64,000 bases of DNA from Vicugna vicugna (Eukaryota). Shown piece by piece: positions 25,201 through 36,050 of this stretch. Location: positions 62,001-126,000 of the forward strand of contig MU057701.1 of NCBI GenBank assembly GCA_013265495.1, in the 5' to 3' direction. Position numbers and translations under genes: made by a program. The notes under the pieces were generated by a model. The model did not search any database, was not told where the DNA came from, and saw only the letters and a list, made by a program, of their open reading frames with translations. The stretch's first letter is position 1; every line of letters begins with the position of its first letter.

Positions 25201-28200
25201 AACAGTGATGAAGAAAAGTAACAAAGCAGGGAAAGAAGATGCTGTGTTGGAGGAGGGTTGAATTTTTAGCTAGGATGGCCAGGGAGGGCCTCGTGTAGAA
25301 AATGAAGTGAAGACCAGAAGTGTCAGGGCAAAGAGCATTCCAGACAAAGGGAATGGCAGGTGCGAAGGCCCTGGGGCAGAAGCATTCAGCTACGCTTAAG
25401 GAATGGAGAGGAAGCTACCAATGTGGCTGGAGCAGAGTGGCAGTAGGAGGCCTGAGGTCAGAGAAGAAGGAAGGGCACCAGGTCATGGGAGCCTAGAGAT
25501 CATCCCAAGACCGTTGGCTTTCATCCTGGGTGGGGGACCCCTGGTGACCTCTCCGTTCTCTCTCTCATTATGTCTTACATCTTATAGGTATTAAAGCAGT
25601 CTTTTTGGTATTGAAAGGTAGTAGGTTCTACCTAAATTTGGTCTTTATTTCTCAATGATGTTAAGACTCGCTGTTTTTTTTTAAATTATTTTTATATGAT
25701 TTATTTAGGTTTTTTCCCCTCCCAGTGAATCATTCTTCTTAGGCTAAATACCTCCTCAATTTGTAAACACAGAAAAGCAGGTTACATAGAACCATCGTCA
25801 GTGAGACAGTAGCTGGGAAAACACAAGTTGCCTACTCCTGAAGTTAATTTCCCCTCTTTCGAATTTTGACAATAAAATGTGACTGAATTGTTGGCCCCTC
25901 CCTGGGAGCTCTGCTGTTCTCGGAGGCACACAAAAAAAGCTGATTTCCCCTCCTTGATCCCACTAGAATGCTCTGACTCTTGAGACCAGAAAACAAACCC
26001 TGCTTTCATTAAGGATCACATTTGCATACGCCAACAAGCGGAGCTGTTTCCAAGGGCCCTTTACAAGATGGAAAATGAGCCGGCAGGAGACTGGAACCCA
26101 GGCCTGCAGCACAGTCACCCCCACCGCACCCTCCGCCCCGGCCTCCCTCCCTCCCTCCCTCCACAGGCCTTCCTGGGACTTCATTCCCTGGGGGGGAGCC
26201 CAGGAAATGCCGCACTCCTGCAGGGACATCCCTTTTGGGGTGCATTTTCAAGTCCTGCCTCATTTGCAGACCGTCCCTTAGGTCCTGGACTTGAAGATTC
26301 CTGCACCCAGTGGTTCCTTAAAAACACCCTGGCATGTTTTCATTAGTTCCCAGCCAGTTTCTCAGTCAGCCTGCCTTATATGATCCCTTCAGGTTTTCGT
26401 GATCTCTGTTTAAAACACTGACACTCTTTAATTATGACATTTTAAAGGCATCCCACATTCAGGCACAATCATGGTTCCTCTAAATCTAAATCCTGCCACG
26501 GACAGTTTTTCCATTTCAGAATCCCCCTCCTTATCTTCCTCTCTGACTCCTCAGTGCACACACAAACGTCTTCCCGGGCCATGACTCAGCCCAGAAAGAA
26601 TAACGAAGGCTCAGGGACTGTTACCCACGGCCCCCCGAAGCTGCAGGAGCCCCCCCAGGCCCAGCAGAGGAAAGGGGCGCTGTTATGGAAAAGGAAGATT
26701 AATTTTAAAGTTGTTGTCAGGGTTGTGGTCTAAATGTGTCCTCTTTCATCACAGAGGGCTGAAGATGAGCAGGAGAGGAAAAAAAAAGATAGTTTATTGC
26801 AATTTTCTTCTCATTTGGTTTATTTATTGTCAGCAGACAAGGGGACAGTTAAGTATAAAGCAGCCTGAGTCTTCCTTCAGTTCCTGGATTGCTTGACAAA
26901 TATGATTACTTGCAGGCATAAACAGTATTTACCCGGCCCTCTAATGAGCGTCTTGCAGCTCAGAGCGTTCCCGGGCATCCATCATAAAGGGACCGGCCTT
27001 CTCCTCTTTATGTGCCTTTCTGCCGGGGCTGTTTGTGTGTTGTCTTCATTCCTGATGGATCGGTAATGGGTCCCTTATCCCAGAACTTCAGCCGAAAGTG
27101 TCCTTGGGTGCCCTCGCACCCCTCCCCCTGGTCATCGGTGATCTGCACGTAAACACGGCAGGGAAGTGATTTAGGAAGCATTTTGGGAAGAGTGAAGAAC
27201 CATCACCCCTCAACCTGTTTAAAATCCACAAATTACACATCACTAAGGAAGACACCCCTGGTTCAGAAATTTTTTACACTGAGCCAAGTCTATCGCTAAC
27301 AGGGAACTTAGCTTGAAACACTGAGTCCAGATTGGTGGGAATCTAGAACGAATCATAGGGACTGGGGGGTGGGGAAGGGAGGCAATCCGAAATGGTCCTG
27401 TACTGAAGACCTCCATCCTACATCACCCCCTGTGGTCCCCAGGCTCAGGAGCTGGAAGTGAATGTAATGGTCACACTTCACCATTGACCTGCCTTCAACA
27501 CCAGGGCCTGAGAGCAAGCGATTACCTGTCAGAATGCTCCAGGGGTGACCTGGAGAGATTTAACAAGAGCCGTAAAAATGTTCACATTCTTTGGTTGCAT
27601 AAGCCCACACCTGGGAAATTAGTCCTAGGAACTAATTCGGAGAAGAAAACAAAAATGATACGTGCAGAGGTGTTTATAGCAGCATTCGTTATGAGAACAC
27701 AGTGCTGGAAGCAGTTAGACATGTGCCCATGGACACATGAGTCAGTCTCTGGTGACGGCGTTAACCTGACTGGGAACACTGATAGCTACAGAGAAAATGT
27801 GTTGGCAACAGTCCGTGAAAAGCAAGAAACTCCAAATTATACAGTGTAACTGGAAAATAACTGCCTGTTTTTCGGGAGTCACATAACAGGTGTTCAGAAG
27901 AAGTAGGTGGATGCTACCAGGCAGAGAAGATGTGGCAGGATGGACAGTGGGACTGGCGTCTGCTGTAGTTCTTGGCGGGGTACAGCCCCACCCCCACCCC
28001 TGCCTGTCCTGCTCTGCGCTCTGTCCGTGGGAGTGACACATCCCGCCAGTGACACAGCCTGCGCTCCCCAGTGGGGTGTCTGCCCCGCACTGGCTTGCCT
28101 TGTGGGCGCCCCAGGCGCCCTGTTTCTTCTGCCCAGGGAAGCTTACCTGGTCTTCGACTCTGGTCTGAGTCATTCACACCCCAGCCACTTTTAGATGTCA

Positions 28201-29726
28201 GCCACCTGAGTACTTTGACCAAATTAAACATTCTTTACACCAGGCACTTACAACTGGAAAAGAGACCTGTTTATTTATATGCCTAGACAAAAATAAATAG
28301 AAAGTAAGAGGCGCCAGCCCCTGTCTCCCATACCTGGTCCCCAGGTAGAGTTCTTTATGGACCCAGCCTCCTTCCCTCGGGTGGGTGTGGCTCCTGTGTG
28401 CTGATTCCACGCCCAGCTCCTATCCAGGGCTGGGGTTGGGAGGGAGGAAGAAGGCTGGAGGTCAGATGAACGGGTTGGAAAGACCTTGAGTGCTTGTAGG
28501 GAGGGTTCTGCTTGGTTCGGCTGCTCTCTCTTACTCAGGGCGAAATGCTGGATGTTGTCTTTGGTCCATGATGTCATTTAAAATTAAGCCAGGCACTGGC
28601 ATTATCTGAGCCCTAACCATGTCAGCCAAAGTGACTGAGTCCTCTTTTCCAATGGAAGGAAAATCTAACAAGATTAAACTTAGGGGGAATCTCTATACAG
28701 GGCTGAGCCCCGGGTCTGCATGTCTCACGCTCAGCTCAAGGTTAGCCGAGCCAAAGAGGAATGTTAAGACATTTCCCATAAACCCACTTCTGCTGTGTGC
28801 CATCCCACCAAGGTGACAGGTAATTTGCTAGACCTCTGGGATTAAAGACGTGCTGGGGGATAAAGCTTAGAAAGCATCCTGAGCCCACCTCTTCCTCCTG
28901 AAGACCCTGATAGCCCACCCCCGCCCCCACCAAGGCAGTTCATCTGCCTTCTGACCAGGACCTCTAAGCACCCTTCACTGGGCACTTACTGGGCATAAGA
29001 CGAAATATCAGGCTCAGATTCACCAGGGAGTCCCATTTTACAAATGGGAAAACTGTGTCTTAAAGAGTCACTTGCCTGTGGCCACCCAACTAGGAGGTGG
29101 TAAAGCTTGAATTCTGGTCCAGATCCACTTGACTTTAAAGCCATGACCTCCCATCGTGGCACCATGCCTCTCGCTCTCCATGTGGGCATCATAACCCAGT
29201 AGAAGCGGACAGAGGTGTCCAGTGGAAGCTAAGCTCTCTTCATTGCCTCTGTGCAGGCGTCAGGCCCCCTATAGAGCAGCTCCCCATTGCATCACAAGGG
29301 CCCTGGTGTGAATTCCTAGACCTGGGGCAGGGCAAGTCCTCTTCACCACCTCCTAGAGAATCCAAAGGCATTAGCACTCTCCACCCTCCCCCACCTTCTG
29401 AACCCAGGGCCCTCCGTAACCTCACTTGATCGTAATTAGATTTCTTTAACACATAATTACAAGAGTTTTGGACTGATTATAATTTATTTGCAAATCATTA
29501 AAAAGCATTACTCAAAAACATTTTCCCTCAAGATTGGTTTGGATTGCCCCAGGCATGATAATTAAAGGGACAGAGGGAAAAAATGAAAAACACACACAGC
29601 CGCCAACCTAACCAGAGATTCACGGAGCTAACCTGCAGCCCGTGGCGTGCAGAGAACCCCCGCTCTGTTTCTCCACACTGAATTGGATCTTCGGGGGCCA
29701 TGGTAATGAATGATGACTCAGCCTAG

Positions 29727-29897
<171 letters not shown>

Positions 29898-30469
29898 TAA
29901 TAATGGACCGAGGGGGTCAACAGGGGAGATGGCTTCCCCACGCTTCTAAGAGAGATGGCGGAGGCACCACCTACCCACACCACTGGGTTTGAAATTAACT
30001 CGTCACCTGTGTTGTGACAGCGTCTACTTTTCCAAACCATGAATCTTTGATCGAGTCCAGGCGGTGAGTAGGCATCCGATGCTTGTTACAAAGCCTCCTA
30101 CGTCATGCTGGCCTGTGATCCTTGCAGCACACACAGTTTTTAGTGATTGTGTGCCTTTTTATATACATCGTATAATATACATACAGAATGGCATTAGCTC
30201 TGAAACAGTGTTTAAAGATAGCTATTTAAATTCTTCTTGTGTTTGGCTGTGGGTCCAGATTGCTTCCCCATTTTCACAACAGGAAAATCACTATAGAAAG
30301 GCCCGCACTTCTTGTGTTTGTGAGTTGGCATCCCTCGGTGGGAGCCACTGAGTTTCTTGCTAGGCATCCTGCGACGCTGCCCAGGCGTCCCTTTTGGGGC
30401 TGGTGGCTGTTGGGGCTGGTGGCAAAGGACAAGAGGGAAAGCATTATCATCTGACATTCCATTTTCCTC

Positions 30470-30778
30470 TTTTTTTTTCTTTTTTCTTTTTTTCGGTGGA
30501 TCCTTTGTTTTCCTTTCTTTTTCCCCCCAGCTTTATTGAGGTGTAATTGACAAATAAAATGGTAATATATTTATACAGCATGATGATTTGATATACGTAT
30601 CAAGTCATACACGTATACATTGTGAAAGGATTCCCACAATGGAGTTAATACATCTACCTCACATCACCTTTTTTTTATTTTTTACTTTTTTTGGTGAGAA
30701 CACTCAAGTTCTAGTCTCAGCAAATTTCAGTTATACAATACAGTATTGTCAACTCTGGTCACCACATTACCCATGAGA
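30470..30778 (-). mobile_element. Antisense L1 (L1MA9/10-like) 3' end abutting the exon 16 acceptor
   Basis: Poly(T) head, then cagctttattgaggtgtaattgaca...cattgtgaaaggattccc...agcaaatttcagttatacaatacagtattgtcaactctggtcacca. Confidence 0.8.
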
Positions 30779-30800
30779 TCCTCTTTCTCCTCCTTTCTAG

Positions 30801-30941
30801 CTGATGACCAAGCACCCCGGCAAGCGGCTGGGCTGTGGGCCGGAGGGAGAGAGGGACGTCCGGGAACACGCCTTCTTCCGGAGGATCGACTGGGAGAAGC
30901 TAGAGAACAGGGAGATCCAGCCGCCATTTAAGCCCAAAGTG
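30801..30941 (+). CDS. PRKCA: PKC-alpha exon 16 equivalent: [47 protein letters not shown]
   Basis: Acceptor cctttctag|, donor |gtgagt; 141 nt; includes the PPFKP start of the AGC C-tail. Confidence 0.98.
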
Positions 30942-31499
30942 GTGAGTCAGGGATGCGGCCTGTTGCCTGAGCCTGGTTTCCCCAAATCTCGGGGTATGGG
31001 GTCCCACCTACCCTTTTTTCTGGAGAGAGGAGGCTGGAGACCCCTGGCTTCTGCAGGCTGAAAAGAACGGCCAGGTACCAGCCTTGCTCCTGTGGTCTAA
31101 GCAGCAGGACTCCTGCTGACTTTGAAAGTAAGGGGGGCCTGTGGCCACCATGCCGTCCAGTAGGGCTACCGAGCGCCCCCAGCACGATGAGAGAACCAGG
31201 GCAGGCCTGCTTTGGGGATTGGACGTCGTGGCCTCGCACGCCCTGCAGAGCTGCGTTCCTTGCCCTGAGTCCTTGACAGGGCCTGTCCTTTGTCTTCAAT
31301 TACCCTGGCTTTGCCTCACATGGATGGCAGCATAACTCAGTCTCAGCCAGCCCACCAGCGGGCCCTGGGCTCAGTTCCCACACTGGCCACCATCCCTGCT
31401 GCAAGGACTACCTGCATGTCAGCCACTGTCCCTGGCGTTGCCACCTTCATTCAGATTCTTCCTATATGACTTCCTAGAAAATCGCCCCTGTTTTTGTTT

Positions 31500-31720
31500 G
31501 TTTATTTGCAAACACTGTGCACCAGGCCCTGATCTCAGTGCTTTACAAATTATTTCATTTAACCGTCACAACAACCCTGGGAGGTGGCTACTGTTGTCCC
31601 CAATTTACAATTAAGAAAAGTGAGGCACAGAGAGGCTGAGCAACTTGCTTGAGGACACACAGCTAGTAGGTGGTGGAACCTGGCTGCAAACTCCAGTGTT
31701 TCGGCCCTGGTATCCTTTCG
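31500..31720 (-). mobile_element. MIR SINE
   Basis: ccccaatttacaattaagaaaagtgaggcacagagaggctgagcaacttgc. Confidence 0.8.
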
Positions 31721-34700
31721 CCACTGCACCAAGGTTTCGTCTTAACATTTATATCTCTGGAGATAAACTGAGAGTCTTTAAGACACCAGCCCCCTCACTC
31801 ACGCCGCCTGCCACTTGCAGTGAGTGCTTCCCAAGGAGGCTGCTTTTCCCTGCATCCCGTTTCTAAGAGCCGAGTGCATCCGTGCCTTCCAGCTCTGCCA
31901 TCGTCTTGGCCAGTATTGGGTGGTCTCCTGGGACTGCACAGAGAGCACCTTTATTCCACAGTCAGCTTTAGAAGCATCCCTGGTTTTGGGGTTTGGCCCA
32001 AATCTGTCTCCTCTGACAGGTGCCCATGAGCCAGCAAAGGGGACCCTCCCGGGGTGCTGAGTTCCCGAGTGGGTGGCACACAGCTTTATTCTTAGAGCAG
32101 CAACTTCCTCGTCAAATCTGCTTATGTATCCTCTCCTCCAAGAATAAAACTGCTGGTGGCAAGCCCACGAATTTTATTTTTCCGAGATATTTTTAGCATC
32201 AACTGAAGAAAAACTGAAATGAATCAGGTCAGTTGACTTCCTCCTGAATCATCACTTCAAGGAAGGCCCTTGTGTATCGGCCACCCCTTCCCCTCTGCAG
32301 CCAGGCCTGGATGCTGATGGCAGGAGGCCCTCCTAGGATCCCGGCCCTCCAGTTTGCAAAAGCTGGTTTTAACGGGGTGGAAGATGAAGACAGTGATGAA
32401 TGATGCTGCAAACCGCCTCAGTAGCACATTCTGTTGGGATTGTTCCTTCTTCCCTTTCATATCTATTTAGCCTTCTCAAATTAAACATGGAAGGTACACA
32501 ACAGCATCTTACAGGCGGCTTAGCTTCTCCACGGGAGCCTTGTAGGGACCCCCACTGACCCTGCTTTACGTGTTGAGCAAAACACAGCGACTTGTCCATC
32601 ACTTTCTGGAAAGAAATGACATGATGCAGAGTCAGCTATGATATACGTCTTCTTCCATTTATTCCCACTGCATTTGCAGAAGAGATGATTTCTTTGCATC
32701 ACCTCCCACGCGCTGTGGATACTGTGGCCCTGACCTCAGGTGGAGGGGAAACGGGAAGGTGGCTTGGCACCGGCAGCTGTGGGCCACAGGAGTCCCTGGA
32801 CACGCAGTCACACCCCGTGGCAGGCAGTCGAGCCAGGAGCCGTGTGTGTTTGCCTACTCCTGGAGGGCTGCTGCTGCTCATTTTCCAACTGAGTGCTGGT
32901 TTAAATAAAGAATAAATTGCCTCTGGCCGTGAAGAAACAGTCCCCCCAGAAACACACAGAAGCAGAAATCATGGGAAGAGGCCCTAAAACCGAAGGTTTC
33001 AGGTTAAAGGCCTGTTTGGCGAGAGCTCTGGTGGGAGAGACCGCTTCCGCTCACAGTGAGTTGCCCACGTTGCGCTGGAGAATCTGTACACGGAAAAGGA
33101 AGAAGCTAGGGGAAAAAAAAATGCAAAAGGACCAGAGGGAGGCAGAAACAATGGTGGAGGCTGGGAGCCAGCGACTGCAGGAGTGAGCGGCAGACATCTT
33201 GTCCCAAAGCAGGAGCCAGTCAAGGGCGAGGGGGTAGCGTGGGAAAGTTCTGGTCCCTGGAGTCCCTGGAGAGCTCATCCCTGCCTGGTGGCAGCAGAGC
33301 GTGGCCCTTAATCTCGGGTGAACGGGGCATTTCAGCAGACTCTGAGGACGTGTGCCACGCCGAGGCGGAAACACCACGTGCCGGGAGCAGTCCGAGGGGC
33401 AGCAGAGGCCATTCGCCCCGGAAGAAGACAACGCTGAGTCAGCTCGCCATCGAGGTTGCCCAGCTTGCCGGGTTTAGCAGGACCGCAGCAGAAGAGACCC
33501 AGTTGCCTCCGAGTTATCCTGTGATGTGGCTTCCCAACTTCCTCAATAAAAAAGTGTAGTTCCCTCCTCCAGAGCTAATTAAAAATTCAGAAGCGCTTCT
33601 AGCGAAGGTCCAGAGCTGAGTGTTCTCCGACAGGCAGTTGTGGTGTTTCGAGAGAGAGGCAGCAGCCTGGCTGTCGCTGCAGGCAGACAGCCAGGCAGAT
33701 CGATTTCTGCCAGAGGCCCTCGCTTAACGTGCGCGCTGAACCCACTTCAGAGAGCAGCTCTCCTCTGCTCTACAAGTTTATAGCTCCGGCTGGCTACACT
33801 TGGCTGTCTTGGTGAAGTCTGCTCCATGCTTTTATAGCAAATGCTGGAGAATCATCTTCCCTGAGATTTATCGGATTAAGGACAGTGAGCTCCTGGCTCC
33901 CGTGAAATCAAGGCCTTCAATACCGGCCATAAGACTTCAGGTGCCCACGGTTATCTGCAGGGTGCGTCTGGAGATCAAGTTTGTGCTTGTAAGCTTGGGA
34001 GTCTCATTGTTTTACTTTTGATTTATTTTTTTTTTGACCCTTTAGTGAAAGATTATTCCGAAATCACTGACTTGTCTCTGAGAGTAGAGGCATTCGCTCC
34101 CTGGGCAGAGTTTGTCTGGAAGGACTGAGGTTTCCATAGTGTCCTGGATTTTTTCATTTTCCTGCCTACCAAAGTGACATCACTGAAGCTACACCCAACT
34201 GCCTGGAGAGCGCGGAATTCTGCCGCCCAGGTGCATTTCACGATGTACCTGATGAACAAGGAGGCTCCGCGCAGACCATTCCATTTCACAGCGACATCTG
34301 CCATGCAGCCATGGCCTGGGTTCTGTTTAAGGTCACACATAAAGGAGGGTGGAGAGCGGAGGGTGACCAGGGTCAGGTGGGACTGTGGCCATTTCCCCCT
34401 CGGTCGGGTGCAGGTCTAGAGGCTCAGAGGTGCACCTGCTCGCATCGCAGGCACAGAAGCGGGAGTCGAGAGGGAGGAGCCTGCCCTGGGGCCACCCACA
34501 GTGGGAGAACCCGCGTCCCCATGTGAAGGTGAAGATGATTTTCTAAACAGCAGGGCCATCCCTTGTGTGTACCGGTTTATCTTGAAAAACAAAAGCCAAA
34601 GCAAAAACAGACAGCTGTGTTGTGATTCTCTCTCTCCTGGAGAGGAGGGAGCCACGTAGCTAACTTCCTTTCCTCCTTTGTGGGGAAGAAAACAGAAACA

Positions 34701-35749
34701 AGAAAACAAGCACACAGCAAGCTGGTTTCAGTTTTCTCTTCAAGAAAACACAGCAAAGCAAGACCCTTCTTAGCACTTGGCTGATGTTCTGAACGACAAA
34801 CTGAAGTCAACAGAAAGAGGCTCCTTCGTGTCCAGAAGATCCCATGGAGGAAGGATCCTTTTTTTTCAAGTTTAAAAAGGATATTGTCCTCGAAAGTGTT
34901 AACGTTCAGTTACTGAGTGAGAAATGAGAGGGTCGGGGCCACCTCCCGTGGCATCCTGCAACAAGGAGGTCACATAAAAGAAGGATGCCGCCAGCCTGTG
35001 TCCATCCCAGCGTCCTGAGAACTCCCTGAAGATGGAAAGCTCTTTCTTTCTGTTTTGCCTTAAAAATATAAAAGGCCCGGGTTTTGGGTCCCTGCAGGCT
35101 GCCCCCAGAGGCACACGTGAGCCTGAGATTCGGATCCAATGTCACTTTGAGTTTTACAAAACTCAAAGTTTTATTCTTTTATTCTTTTATTCTGATTTAC
35201 TGTTCACGGGAATAGAACGTCCAGCAACAGCCTTCGGCCCGTCCACGATAAGTAAGAGTTTATACAGATGTCAGAAGTGGAGGCTTCATTGATGGCTCTT
35301 TTTTTTTTTTTTTTAAATTTATCCGTTGGCACCAAGGAGCAGACCAGCCAGTTCATAGGCCGGCCAAAACCATTCACTGTACTTAAATAGTTTCGAGAGA
35401 GAGAGGAATTAATCTACACCGAGAAATGATACCCAGAATTGATGGATGAGCAGAGCACTTTGGAAATAGGCCTGCCTCTCACAGGTAGCCCTCCTGGGAA
35501 GTTGCTGTCGTCATTTTATCAAAAAGAGACAGAAAAAGAAGAAGAAAAGAACTTTCATCGGATCGTTGTCATCCTTGGAGCAAGAGCCTAAGGAGACAGG
35601 CACTTGGAGAGCCCAGCGCTGGTGCCTCTCTGCTGAGATGCGCAAAGTTCATTTTCCTGATCGCCTCGAGGTCCTTAATTTCACAGGATCATTAGTTTGT
35701 TTAGAGACTTTGATGATGGCTTGATGATCAAAGTCAGTGCAGTGTTCCT

Positions 35750-36050
35750 TTTTAACTTTTTTTTAAAATCTATTTTGAAATAATGGTTGATTTCAGACTT
35801 GCAGAAGAGTTACAAAGACAGTGTAAAGAGCTGCTGCGTCCCCTTTCCCCAGAGTCCCCAGATGTTAACATTTCACCACGTTTGCTGTGTCATTCTTCCC
35901 CGGCACCTCTGATGAGGGCGTGTGGGTACAGACATACGCGCAATTTCTTCTTGGAACCATTTGAGAGTAACCTGCAGACTGACACCTAAAGAATGCCTCC
36001 TTACACCTAAGTAATTCCGTGTGTGTCTCCTAGAACTAAGGACATCTCAT
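35750..36050 (-). mobile_element. Old L1 (L1MC-like) fragment
   Basis: tattttgaaataat...cagaagagttacaaaga...gttaacattt...gaaccatttgagagtaa...ctaaggacat. Confidence 0.65.
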
